NCBI GenBank assembly: GCA_963743885.1
Contig: CAVURJ010000001.1
Span: 566,321-630,320 of the forward strand
Direction: 5' to 3'
Length of the DNA stretch: 64,000 nucleotides
Origin: Candidatus Moraniibacteriota bacterium
Lineage (GTDB): Bacteria > Patescibacteriota > Minisyncoccia > Moranbacterales > UBA1568
The number at the start of each line of letters is the position of its first letter. The first letter of the stretch is position 1. The notes under the pieces were generated by a model. The model made no database searches and had not been told where the DNA came from. It saw only the letters and a list, made by a program, of their open reading frames with translations. This document shows, one piece after another, positions 8,607 through 18,886 of this stretch. The position numbers and the translations under genes are program-made.

Positions 8607-11244
8607 ATGAACATCGGAAAATTCACTACCAAGAGTCAGGAAGCCATCCGCAATGCGCAGGAGATCGCGCTTTCGCGGAACAACCCGCAGATGGATACAG
8701 CACACCTGCTCTATGCACTGTTGCTCCAGCCTGATTCCATCGTGCCGGCCGTTTTCGGCGAGCTTGAGGCGGATATTGAGAAGTTGAAGGGCGGCATCCT
8801 CGCTGAGATAGACAAGTTTCCGCAGGCGGAAGCGGGTGTACTTGGGAGTCTGTATTTGTCACCGGGATTTGCACGGACATTGTCTGAAGCTGAAGACCAG
8901 ATGGGAAAGATCGGGGATGATTTCGTCTCGACCGAGCATCTTTTGCTCTCACTGCTTTCCGTCGGCGGTCCCATGAAGACGCTCCTCGAGAAGAACGGTG
9001 TGAAGTATGATGATGTGCTCCGCATACTCTCTGAGCTCCGTGGCGGACAGAAGGTGGAAAGCCAGGACCCTGAGCAGACGTACCAGGCGCTCGAGAAGTA
9101 CGCTATCAATCTGACCGAGCTCGCACGCGCTGAGAAGCTCGATCCAGTCATTGGTCGTGATGACGAGATCCGCCGTGTGATGCAGATCCTTTCGCGTCGC
9201 ACCAAGAACAATCCCGTCTTGATTGGCGAGGCTGGCACTGGCAAGACCGCCATCGCGGAAGGTCTGGCGCAGCGCATCGTCTCGGGTGACGTGCCGGAGA
9301 ACTTGAAGGGCAAGGAAGTCATATCGCTCGATCTCGGAGCGCTCCTTGCGGGTGCGAAATTTCGCGGCGAGTTCGAGGAGCGGCTCAAGGCTATCCTCAA
9401 AGAGATTGAGCGTTCGGCTGACCGTTTCATCCTTTTCATCGATGAGCTGCATACGCTTGTGGGTGCCGGCGCGACCGAGGGTGCACTCGATGCGTCGAAC
9501 ATGCTAAAGCCCGCGCTCTCGCGTGGCAGACTCCGCACGATCGGCGCAACGACGATCAAGGAGTACCAGCGTTATATCGAGAAGGACGCAGCGCTTGAGC
9601 GGCGTTTCCAGCCGGTCATCGTGAGTGAGCCGTCGGAAGAGGATGCAATCGCCATCCTGCGCGGCATCAAGGAGAAATACGCGCTCCATCACGGCGTGAA
9701 GATCACCGATGATGCGCTCATCGCAGCTGTGAAGCTTTCCAAGCGTTATATCGCTGACCGTTTCTTGCCGGACAAGGCGATCGACCTCATCGATGAGGCG
9801 GCGTCGCTCCGCCGTATGGAGATTGATTCGATGCCGACTGAACTTGATCAGGATGAGCGGAGCATCCGGCGCCTGGAGATCGAGAAGCCGCGCGCTTGAG
9901 AAGGAGGGCGGCGCCGAGAAGAAGGTACGGGAAATCAACCGGGAGCTCGCGGAGCTCCGGGAGCGTTCGCAGAAGCTGTCGCTCCGTTGGAAGACCGAAC
10001 GCGAACTCATCATGGCGATGCGTGGGCACAAGGCTGATATTGATAAACTAAGGAGCGAGGCTGAGATGGCCGAGCGCCAAGGTGAGCTCGACCGTGTGGC
10101 GGAGATCCGCTATGGTCGCATCCCAGAGATCGAGAAGAAGCTCCTTGCTGAAGAGAAACGCCTTGTGAAGCTTCAGAAGGACGGTTCGATTCTGCACGAG
10201 GAGATCAGCGAGGAGGATATCGCCGCGGTCGTCTCGCGTGCGACTGGTATCCCAATCGCCAAGATGCTCGAGAAGGAAGCGGAGAAGCTCGTCCATATGG
10301 AAGCGGCGCTCCAGACGAGGGTCATTGGTCAGGATGATGCCGTGAAAGCGGTCGCGAGTGCGATCCGACGCTCGAGAGCAGGGCTCGCCGAGGAGACGAA
10401 GCCGATCGGATCATTCATTTTCCTTGGATTGACCGGCGTCGGCAAGACCGAGCTCGCCAAGGCTTTGGCGCAGTTCCTCTTTGATGATGAGAAAGCGCTG
10501 GTGCGCGTGGATATGAGCGAATACATGGAGTCGCACTCGGTCGCCAAGATGATTGGGTCGCCCCCGGGCTATGTGGGGTATGAGGAGGGTGGTCAGCTGA
10601 CGGAGACTATCCGTCGGAGGCCGTACAGCGTCGTGCTCTTCGATGAGATCGAGAAGGCGCATCCGGATGTTTTCAACGCGCTGCTCCAAATCCTCGATGA
10701 TGGACGCCTGACCGATAGCAAAGGGCGTGTCGTCAATTTCAAGAATACCGTCATTATCATGACGTCGAATGTCGGGTCCGATATCCTGGTCCGGGCCAAG
10801 GGCCTCGGTTTCAAGGGTGACCGGAGCGGTGATGATGGGACGTTGTCCGAGGATGAGATCCGCGAGCGTATCCTCTCCAGCCTGCGCGAGCGCTTCAAGC
10901 CGGAATTCCTGAATCGTATCGATGAGACGATTATCTTCCATCCGCTCTCTGAAAAGGTCTTCGGCGGCATCGTTGATTTGCAGCTCGCGCGTGTTGTCGA
11001 GCGCCTTGCGAAGCAGGGGGTGCGGATCCGGTTTGCGGCACAAGTAAAGGCGTATCTCGCGAAGAAGGGGTATGATCCCGCCTATGGCGCCCGCCCGCTC
11101 AAGCGGCTGATCCAGAACGAGATCCTCGATCCGCTGTCGCTTGAAATTCTCGAGAAAAAGGTGCAGGGGGGCGATGTAGTGGAAACCTCCATAGGGAAGG
11201 ACAGGGTGGTTTTTAAAAAGATGGAAAAGAAAAGGAAAAAATAG
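8607..11244 (+). pseudogene. clpB: ClpB chaperone split by a single extra C at ~9888 (pseudogene or sequence error)
   Basis: ORF 8607-9899 has the N-domain and NBD1 ([14 protein letters not shown]); ORF 9793-11244 continues the M-domain and NBD2 in the +1 frame. Confidence 0.85.
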
Positions 11245-11360
11245 AATCATGAATCAGGAATCATGAATCAAGAAACAGCATCTAGAGAGGCTGTTTTCGG
11301 TATGGTATAGTATGAGAAAGGGATTTCTCGTCATAATTCTCGATTCTTAATTCCTGATTC
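11244..11360. repeat. 7-nt periodic inverted repeat
   Basis: gaatcat-gaatcag-gaatcat-gaatcaa ... ataattc-tcgattc-ttaattc-ctgattc. Confidence 0.8.
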
Positions 11361-11369
11361 TTCTTCAGA

Positions 11370-12128
11370 ATGATCTTCCATTTCGCCGTACTCTTCTGGA
11401 CCGCTGTCTTTTCGTCCTGGCTGGGATATCTGGCTTTTTCGCCAGCTGAGCCGTCATGGGGATGGTATGCACTCTCTATCCTTCCGCTCGTCGCCATATC
11501 GCTCGTCGCCGGGCATCGGGTGGCTGGCGCATTCTCTGGTGCATCGCTTTCTGTGCTGTTGTCTGTCACGGCACCGGTTTTGCTTTCATTTATCGACCGG
11601 CCGGCTGAACGGCAGGCGTTCGTTGCGCTGACCGCTCTCATGTACTACGTGTCGCTCATCGGAGCATATCGACTGCGGCATGCGCCGAATGACCGTACTG
11701 CGCAGTCGATGCTCAATGCGTCAGCGATGGCGGCGATGTTTTTTTTCTTCGCTGGATTGTACGGCTTTTATCTCAACTTCTCTTTCCCGCTCTGGGGGCT
11801 GATGGTACTGTATTTCCTTGGAGCCGCGTTTGTTAGTCGGGAGACGTTCGTCGATGTCGACCGGGGCGATGAGAGCCCGCGCGTGACGGTCTACAGCGTG
11901 CTCATTGGTCTCGTGATGGGCGAGATGGCCTGGGTTTCAAGTCTTTGGCCGTTCGGTTATCTGACGGTCGGCGCTATCAACCTTGTGTTGTTTTTCATCG
12001 CGTGGGATGTGGCTTCCGATGCGTTCCGCAAGGAACTTTCGCTCAAGAAGGCCGTGGCGCGTATCCTCTTCTTCATCGCGGTTATTGCGGCGCTCTTCCT
12101 TTCTTCGCCTTGGAGAATCCTGGTCTGA
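11370..12128 (+). CDS. Multi-pass membrane protein
   Basis: About 8 hydrophobic segments; EMAW...WP motif. Confidence 0.75.
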   Translation: MIFHFAVLFWTAVFSSWLGYLAFSPAEPSWGWYALSILPLVAISLVAGHRVAGAFSGASLSVLLSVTAPVLLSFIDRPAERQAFVALTALMYYVSLIGAYRLRHAPNDRTAQSMLNASAMAAMFFFFAGLYGFYLNFSFPLWGLMVLYFLGAAFVSRETFVDVDRGDESPRVTVYSVLIGLVMGEMAWVSSLWPFGYLTVGAINLVLFFIAWDVASDAFRKELSLKKAVARILFFIAVIAALFLSSPWRILV

Positions 12129-12206
12129 TACGGAGCGGAGAATATCCGAGGTTTGCCATGGCGTCGGAAACGTGGTAGGAATAGTGATGTATATTGAGAA
12201 AGAAAT

Positions 12207-13334
12207 ATGTTCAAAAAGGCTATTTTTTGGTTTTCCATGGCAGCGCTCGTCGTCATGCTTGGCGGCGTCGGCAGCATCCTTTCTGATACCATTGTGGTGC
12301 CGCGTTTGGCTGCGATCCCAGCGTTTTCGAATTTTGGTTTCGTCAAGAATTTCAATGAGCGCGTGACGATTATCAACAAGACGGAGCAGGTGGTAGTGAA
12401 GGAGGAAGATCCGCTCGAGAAGGTGGTGTCACAGGCAGCGGCTGCTGTCGTGGCGCTCGTAGTATCAGACAAAACAGCTGGACGTGCGGAGACATCGACT
12501 GGTGTGCTTCTGACGAATGATGGGATGTTCGCTGCTTATAGTGGCCAGCCAGCCGACTCGAAGAGATTTTCTTACCAGGCGATCCTGCTTGATGGTTCCG
12601 TCAAGGCAGCCCAGCCAGCCGGTTATGATGCTTTGACTGGTCTTGCTTTCTTCCGTCTTGATGGCAATCCAAATACGCAGGCGATTGCTTTTGCTAATTC
12701 TGATGATGCCCGTATTGGCAAGAAGGTCTCGGCGCTCGGTCACGCCGAAGTGAGTTATCAGATCCGTGCTGCGACCGGTGTCATTGGCGATATCGACAAA
12801 TCGTTCAGTCTTTCCGGTAAGACGGTCGCTTCGTCGGAGAAGTGGCAGGGCGTATTCCGTCCGGATATCGCCGGATTGGAACGGTTCGTTGGCGGGCCGC
12901 TCGTCGATGCGAATGGGGAGATGGAGGGGATGATCGGTATGCTCGTGTTCGATGGCGAGCCGAAGGCGTTCGCGGTGCCATCGAATGCCGTCAAGGATGC
13001 GCTTGGACGCGTGATCAGCGGGACAGCGTACAAGACGTTTGGGGCGTATTATCTTCCGGTGACCAAGGCACTTGCTGCCGGGAGCGGACTTTCTCGTGAT
13101 CAGGGCGCGCTCATCTATTCGCTGTCCGGCAAGACTGGCCTCGCGCTCATCGCGGATTCTCCAGCCAATCGTGCTGGCCTCCAGGTTGGCGATATCATCA
13201 TTACGGCTGCGGGCGCTCCGGTGACGCTTGATGATCCGCTGCCAGAACTCCTCTCACGTCTCGGGACTCCTGACAGGACGGATATTTCTGTCGTACGAGA
13301 TGGAGAAGAGAAAGTGCTTACAGTAGAGTGGTAA
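12207..13334 (+). CDS. HtrA-like trypsin/PDZ protein, probably catalytically inactive
   Basis: HtrA layout, but the His and GNSGGP motifs read AAYSG and RFVGGP. Confidence 0.75.
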   Translation: MFKKAIFWFSMAALVVMLGGVGSILSDTIVVPRLAAIPAFSNFGFVKNFNERVTIINKTEQVVVKEEDPLEKVVSQAAAAVVALVVSDKTAGRAETSTGVLLTNDGMFAAYSGQPADSKRFSYQAILLDGSVKAAQPAGYDALTGLAFFRLDGNPNTQAIAFANSDDARIGKKVSALGHAEVSYQIRAATGVIGDIDKSFSLSGKTVASSEKWQGVFRPDIAGLERFVGGPLVDANGEMEGMIGMLVFDGEPKAFAVPSNAVKDALGRVISGTAYKTFGAYYLPVTKALAAGSGLSRDQGALIYSLSGKTGLALIADSPANRAGLQVGDIIITAAGAPVTLDDPLPELLSRLGTPDRTDISVVRDGEEKVLTVEW

Positions 13335-13356
13335 GCCTATCCATATTGAATTTTCA

Positions 13357-13390
13357 GCCTCCCATCGCTTTTGACGGGAGGCCTTTTTTT
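13357..13390 (+). terminator. Intrinsic terminator
   Basis: gcctccc...gggaggc followed by a T run. Confidence 0.65.
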
Positions 13391-13433
13391 GTTGTAGAAT
13401 GAGGGAAATCCTGTATTTTCTAGCTACAAGCAT

Positions 13434-14672
13434 ATGCGTCAGAGTCAGTTGTTCTCGAAGACAAAAAAAGAAGCGCCGAAGGACGAGGTATCGAAGAACG
13501 CCCAGCTGCTCATCCGGGCTGGATTTATCCATAAGGAGATGGCGGGCGCCTATTCATTCCTACCTTTGGGTTTGCGCGTGCTCAACAAAGTCATCGGCAT
13601 CATCCGCGATGAGATGAATATGATCGGCGGACAGGAGATCTTGCTTACAGCACTTCAGGAGAAGGAACTCTGGGAGAAGACGGACCGTTGGGACGACAAG
13701 AAGGTGGATGTGTGGTTCAAGACGATGCTTAAGAATGGGACCGAGCTCGGCCTCGGGTCGACGCATGAAGAACCGGTCACACGGCTTATGGCGAACCAGA
13801 TATCCTCGTATCGCGATCTGCCAGCGCTTGCGTATCAGTTTCAGACCAAATTCCGCAACGAGACGCGCGCTAAGAGCGGTATCATGCGCGTGCGCGAGTT
13901 CATCATGAAGGACCTCTATTCCTTCGCGAAGTCGGAAGAAGAGCATGAGCGGATCTATGGATCGGTCAGGACCGCCTATAAGCGCATTTTTGAGCGCGTG
14001 GGTCTCGGTGATCGGACCTATGCGACATTTGCGTCGGGAGGCATCTTTAGTCGCTACTCGGAAGAGTTCCAGACGGTGTCTGATGCCGGGGAAGATCTGA
14101 TCTATGTGGATGAGAAGAGTGGACGCGCCCTCAATAAGGAAGTGCTTCAGGATGATGTGCTTGAGGATCTCGGCATCAAGCGCGAAGATCTCGTCGAGAA
14201 GAAGTCGATTGAAGTCGGCAATATCTTCACGCTCGGGACGCGGTTCTCCGATCCGCTCGGGCTTAAGTTTCGGGATGAGACGGGTGCTGAGCATCCGGTG
14301 CTCATGGGTTGCTACGGCATCGGTCCGGGCCGTGTGATGGGGACGATCGCCGAGACGCTGTCCGACGAGAATGGTCTTATCTGGCCGGAGAGTGTGGCGC
14401 CATTCCGTATCCATTTGCTCTCGCTCGGCGCAGATGCTGAAGCGACGGCTGTTTATGAAGCATTCATCTCTTCTGGTATTGAGGTCCTCTATGACGATCG
14501 TGACACATCTGCTGGTGCGAAGTTCGCTGAGAGTGATCTCATCGGTATCCCGTATCGTGTCGTCATCGGTAAGCGCTCGGCGGAGTCGGGTATGGCCGAA
14601 GTGAAGAAGCGCGGAGCGGCTGAAGCCGAGAATGTCCAGCTTTCTGATCTGATCAGGTATTTCAAATCGTAA
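13434..14672 (+). CDS. proS: Proline--tRNA ligase (short form)
   Basis: THEE, FRNETR, MGCYGIG and anticodon-binding domain. Confidence 0.95.
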   Translation: MRQSQLFSKTKKEAPKDEVSKNAQLLIRAGFIHKEMAGAYSFLPLGLRVLNKVIGIIRDEMNMIGGQEILLTALQEKELWEKTDRWDDKKVDVWFKTMLKNGTELGLGSTHEEPVTRLMANQISSYRDLPALAYQFQTKFRNETRAKSGIMRVREFIMKDLYSFAKSEEEHERIYGSVRTAYKRIFERVGLGDRTYATFASGGIFSRYSEEFQTVSDAGEDLIYVDEKSGRALNKEVLQDDVLEDLGIKREDLVEKKSIEVGNIFTLGTRFSDPLGLKFRDETGAEHPVLMGCYGIGPGRVMGTIAETLSDENGLIWPESVAPFRIHLLSLGADAEATAVYEAFISSGIEVLYDDRDTSAGAKFAESDLIGIPYRVVIGKRSAESGMAEVKKRGAAEAENVQLSDLIRYFKS

Positions 14673-14704
14673 TGGGCGGGCGTTTGGCCGGAGAGTCCGG
14701 AAGC

Positions 14705-15712
14705 ATGGTTGTGCGGAAGGTCCTTCTGGCTTCGCCGAGGGGGTTCTGTGCCGGCGTAGCGCGCGCGGTAAAGGCAGTTGAGGATACGCTAGCAATTTTT
14801 GACTCACCCGCCTGCCCGAATCATTCTCTTGAAAAACAAGAGGATGGGCGGGTCTACGTGAAGCATGAGATCGTGCATAACAAGCACGTCGTCGCTATGC
14901 TCGAAGCGAAAGGGGCGGTGACGATTGAGGATCTTTCCGAAGCGCCGGATGGCGCGACAGTTGTTTTTTCTGCGCATGGGTCGACGCCGGGACAGTATGA
15001 GGAAGCGAAACGGCGCGGCATGCGGCTGATCGATGCGACGTGCCCCTTGGTAACCAAAGTGCATCTCGAGATGGCACGTTTCATCAGGGAAGGATACGAG
15101 GTGGTCTACATCGGGCATAAGGGACATATCGAGGGTATTGGCGTCCTAGCTGAGGCACCGGAAGGTGCAGTGCCAATCGTCGAGACGGTTCAGGATGTCG
15201 ATCGGCTTGAGATCGGGAGTCCGGAAAAGCTGGTATATCTCACCCAGACGACGCTCTCGGTCGGTGATACCGCTGTAGTGATTGATGCGCTCCGGAAGAA
15301 GTATCCACAGATTGTCGCGCCGCCGCTCTCTGATATCTGTTTTGCGACGACCAACCGGCAGGCAGCCGTGAAGGAGCTCGCGGGGGTTTCTGATCTCGTG
15401 CTGATCCTCGGATCCAAGACCTCATCCAACTCGACGCGCCTCATGGAGACGGCGCGGACCGTGGGAGCACATGCATATCTTATTGATGACGTATCGGAGA
15501 TTGATTCGTCGTGGCTCGAGGGTATCGAGACCGTCGGTTTAAGCGCCGGAGCGAGCGCGCCGGAGCATGTCGTACAGGAAGTAGCGCGGTATTTTGCGAC
15601 ACAAGGAGCAGTAATCGAGGATTTCATAGTGAAGCCGGAGAATATGTCATTCGCTGAGCCGATTGAGCTGATGCGGATCAAAGCGAGTGAAGGGCTGGGA
15701 GGCAAGGCGTGA
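14705..15712 (+). CDS. ispH: 4-hydroxy-3-methylbut-2-enyl diphosphate reductase (alternative start 14672)
   Basis: PRGFCAGV, HEIVHN, DATCPLV, ICFATTNRQ, SSNS, AGASAP. Confidence 0.95.
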   Translation: MVVRKVLLASPRGFCAGVARAVKAVEDTLAIFDSPACPNHSLEKQEDGRVYVKHEIVHNKHVVAMLEAKGAVTIEDLSEAPDGATVVFSAHGSTPGQYEEAKRRGMRLIDATCPLVTKVHLEMARFIREGYEVVYIGHKGHIEGIGVLAEAPEGAVPIVETVQDVDRLEIGSPEKLVYLTQTTLSVGDTAVVIDALRKKYPQIVAPPLSDICFATTNRQAAVKELAGVSDLVLILGSKTSSNSTRLMETARTVGAHAYLIDDVSEIDSSWLEGIETVGLSAGASAPEHVVQEVARYFATQGAVIEDFIVKPENMSFAEPIELMRIKASEGLGGKA

Positions 15713-15723
15713 GAATAGGAAGT

Positions 15724-15837
15724 AACAAGAAACAAGCAACAAGAGACAAAGAAGATACAAAATTTAAAGAAGAAATTTCAATTTTTGATATTGGTTATTG
15801 GAATTTGTTTGTAACTTGTTTCTTGCGTCTTGTTTCT
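15724..15837. repeat. 7-nt periodic inverted repeat
   Basis: aacaaga-aacaagc-aacaaga-gacaaag ... acttgtt-tcttgcg-tcttgtt. Confidence 0.75.
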
Positions 15838-15868
15838 TTCTGTATCGTATTATTGATTTTTTTCTGAT

Positions 15869-16987
15869 ATGAATATAGTCGTACAGGCTTCCGATCTTGA
15901 TCACGCCCGTATTGACGGGACGCGTGTCTATCTTAGGGAGCTTCTCAAGCGTTTCGGTGCCATCATGCCTGAAGCGGAGTTTGCGTTGTATCATAAGGGC
16001 GTGTTCAATCCGGCGCTCGCACCACCTCGGATGGCGAACTATCAGGAGCGGACTCTGCCATTTCCATATGCGTGGATGCAGACCCGGTTCGCGCTCGAGA
16101 TGTTTCTCCGGAAGCCGGAGAAGCTCTTCTTGCCGATCCAGGCGGCGCCAATTATCCTGCCACGTGGCATCGAGGTGACGGCGACGATTCATGATCTCGC
16201 GTTCCGGCGGTATCCGGAGACGTTTCCGAAATCGCATCTCCAGAAGCTCAATCTAATGCTCGCTACGGCGGTGCGGCAAGCGGACAAGCTGATTGCGGTC
16301 TCTGAGTCGACCAAACATGATCTGCTCGAGTTTTTCCCGCATCTTTCACCGGAAAAGATCCGCGTTATTCATCACGGTTTTGACGCCGCTTTCTTTGGCG
16401 CGAAAATTTCGTCGGAAGAATTGGACGAAAAGCTAATGAAGCTAGTGAAGCTGAAAGCTACAAGCTATTGCTTGTACGTTGGTGCTCTCCAGCCAAGGAA
16501 GAACCTTGTGCGTCTCATTGAGGCGTTCGATATCGCGAAACAGAGTACCCCGGAGATGAAGCTCGTGCTTGCGGGGGAGCCAGCCTGGCTGTCGGATGGT
16601 ATTCTTGCGGCGCGGGAGAAGAGTCCGCATAAGGACGATATCATTCTGACGGGGCGTGTGACGTTCGAAGATCTGCGAGCGCTCTATCAGGGTGCGCGAT
16701 TCTTTGCCTTCCCGTCGCTCTATGAGGGATTCGGACTGCCGATTCTCGAAGCATTCGCTTCTGGTACGCCGGTACTTACAGCGGCCAATTCGAGCCTGGT
16801 AGAGGTGGCTGGAAAAGCGGCGCTCTACTGCCATGCGGAGAGCGTGCCGGATATCGCTGAGAAGCTTGAACGGCTCTGGGATGACGAAGCGCTCCGAGAG
16901 CATCTTGTCATGAGCGGCGAGGATCAGCTTCGGAAATTCTCCTGGGATACGTGTGCCGAGGAGACGCTCCAATACATCTCTGAATAG
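15869..16987 (+). CDS. Glycosyltransferase family 4
   Basis: TIHDL, PRKNL, FPSLYEGFGLPILEA. Confidence 0.92.
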   Translation: MNIVVQASDLDHARIDGTRVYLRELLKRFGAIMPEAEFALYHKGVFNPALAPPRMANYQERTLPFPYAWMQTRFALEMFLRKPEKLFLPIQAAPIILPRGIEVTATIHDLAFRRYPETFPKSHLQKLNLMLATAVRQADKLIAVSESTKHDLLEFFPHLSPEKIRVIHHGFDAAFFGAKISSEELDEKLMKLVKLKATSYCLYVGALQPRKNLVRLIEAFDIAKQSTPEMKLVLAGEPAWLSDGILAAREKSPHKDDIILTGRVTFEDLRALYQGARFFAFPSLYEGFGLPILEAFASGTPVLTAANSSLVEVAGKAALYCHAESVPDIAEKLERLWDDEALREHLVMSGEDQLRKFSWDTCAEETLQYISE

Positions 16988-17060
16988 CGGACTTGCATGG
17001 ATGGCAATTCTGTGTCAGAATACGTTTTGCCACGGGGCATTTTTTGCGATTGAAAATCGC

Positions 17061-17081
17061 ACCCTGAGCTTGTCGAAGGGT
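17061..17081. repeat. REP-like palindrome
   Basis: accctgagcttgtcgaagggt. Confidence 0.6.
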
Positions 17082-17100
17082 TTTTATTATCTCTACAATC

Positions 17101-18558
17101 ATGGCCAAAGACTCGGTTGTCCTGCGTTTTGATAACGTATCATTCGAATATAGCCACGGGAAGCCGATTCTTGAGGAGGTGAGTTTTAGCGTGCGTAGTG
17201 GAGCGAAGTTCACGCTCATGGGACAGAACGGCGCCGGCAAGAGCTCGCTTTTTAAACTGATCACTGGTGAGAATGTGCCACAGTCCGGCCGTGTTTCGGT
17301 GGATCCGGGTGCGACCGTCGCGATCGCCCGCCAGGTCATCCCGCGCGCGGATCTCGATCTTACGGTCGAAGAGTTTTTCGCGAAGCACTTCAGCGGCAAG
17401 GACTGGGAGCTTCCGGGTCGTATCAAGGACGTGCTCGATGTCGTCAACATGCCGATGCCGCCGCTTGATAAGAAGATCATGGCGTTCTCCGGCGGGCAGC
17501 AGGCGCGAATCCTTCTCGCCTCGGCACTTATGGATGATCCAGATGTCCTCCTCCTTGATGAGCCGACCAACAATCTCGACTACGCTGGCATCGCGCACCT
17601 GACGCAGTTTCTGATTGAATACCAGAAGACCGTCATCGTCATTTCGCATGATGCGGAGTTTTTGAATTCCTTTACCCAGGGCGTGCTGTATCTCGATGTC
17701 TTCACACACAAGATGGAGCAGTATACCGGCGACTATTACGACGTGGTGGATGAGATCAAACGTCGCATCGAGAAGGCGCAGAGCGAGAACGTGCGCCTCG
17801 AGCGGACCATCCAGGAAAAGAAGGATCAGGCCAACGTCTTCGCCAACAAGGGCGGTAAGCTCCGCGGTGTCGCTAAGCGCATGCGTACTCTCGCATCCGA
17901 TCTTGAGGAGAACAAAGTCGATGTGCGGCAGGAAGATAAGACACTGACGCCGTTTGAAATCGCGTGCGAGGATATCCTCGGCCGTATCGTGCATATCAAG
18001 ACCGTATCGCTCATCACGGAGATGGGCCCGACGGTCAAACAGGTCGACATGGACCTTAAACGCAATACACACCTGCTCGTCTCGGGTCCGAACGGTATCG
18101 GTAAGAGCACGTTCCTCGAGTCGCTGGCCGCCGCTGATCCGGAGCGCGTGACAATCGCACCGGGAGTGAAGGTCGGATACTATCGCCAGGATTTCTCGAC
18201 GCTCGATTTCGACAAGACGGTGGCCGAGACGCTCATCAATGTGACGGAAGATCGGAATATGGAGACGGTCTATCGGACCGCGGCGCGCTTCCTTTTGCCG
18301 GCTGAGCTCGTCCAGAACAAAGTGGAGAGTCTGTCAGAGGGGCAGAAGGGGCTGCTCATGTTTGCTTATCTTTTTCTCCAGAAGCCGGACGTACTCATTC
18401 TTGATGAGCCGACCAATCATATCAACTTCCGCCATATCCCGGTTATTGCCGAGGCGCTCGACAAGTACAAGGGGACGATGATCTTCGTCTCACACGTGCC
18501 GGACTTCGTGGCCGAGATCCGCATCGATGAGGTGCTCGATCTCGAATCACTTGCCTAA
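17101..18558 (+). CDS. ABC-F family ATPase
   Basis: Two ABC domains (GQNGAGKS, FSGGQ, LLLDEPTNNLD; GPNGIGKS, LDEPTNH) and no TM segments. Confidence 0.92.
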   Translation: MAKDSVVLRFDNVSFEYSHGKPILEEVSFSVRSGAKFTLMGQNGAGKSSLFKLITGENVPQSGRVSVDPGATVAIARQVIPRADLDLTVEEFFAKHFSGKDWELPGRIKDVLDVVNMPMPPLDKKIMAFSGGQQARILLASALMDDPDVLLLDEPTNNLDYAGIAHLTQFLIEYQKTVIVISHDAEFLNSFTQGVLYLDVFTHKMEQYTGDYYDVVDEIKRRIEKAQSENVRLERTIQEKKDQANVFANKGGKLRGVAKRMRTLASDLEENKVDVRQEDKTLTPFEIACEDILGRIVHIKTVSLITEMGPTVKQVDMDLKRNTHLLVSGPNGIGKSTFLESLAAADPERVTIAPGVKVGYYRQDFSTLDFDKTVAETLINVTEDRNMETVYRTAARFLLPAELVQNKVESLSEGQKGLLMFAYLFLQKPDVLILDEPTNHINFRHIPVIAEALDKYKGTMIFVSHVPDFVAEIRIDEVLDLESLA

Positions 18559-18568
18559 TTCTGTCGTA

Positions 18569-18597
18569 TTGACAGGATATGTTTTTTGGTGTATAAT
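18569..18597 (+). promoter_or_regulatory. Consensus sigma70 promoter
   Basis: TTGACA-N17-TATAAT with a TG immediately upstream of the -10. Confidence 0.85.
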
Positions 18598-18652
18598 GGT
18601 ACGTTAGTATCAGTTCTTTTTTTGTTGTATTTTTTTCAATAGGAGAGAGAAA

Positions 18653-18886
18653 ATGGCAGTGATGACGGTTGATCAGTCCCAGGCAGTCGAGGCGTGTTGT
18701 GCCGCCCAAATCAAGATGAAGAGCGCGTTTCATGACGTTGGTCTGGCCGATAATGATCGGAAAGCTGTACTGGATGAGGCGCTCGTTCATGTTATGGGCG
18801 GTTCGTTTGTCGGAGACAAGAAGGGTACGTGTCCGGCGTGTTGGGGATTCTTCATGAATTACCTCAAGCACGGAAGGAAACAGTAG
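18653..18886 (+). CDS. 77-aa orphan protein with CC and CxxC motifs
   Basis: Own consensus promoter, AGGAG SD, downstream hairpin terminator at 18891-18931. Confidence 0.75.
   Translation: MAVMTVDQSQAVEACCAAQIKMKSAFHDVGLADNDRKAVLDEALVHVMGGSFVGDKKGTCPACWGFFMNYLKHGRKQ

Noticed and set aside
9880-9900. Programmed +1 frameshift in clpB
   Set aside because: There is no slippery or prfB-like CTT-TGA in-frame context; a single-base insertion is the simpler explanation.
13560-14807. Long antisense ORFs (for example 13560-14807, 23237-24508, 28650-29855, 58222-59547)
   Set aside because: They are shadows of well-supported sense genes caused by codon bias and show no recognisable motifs.
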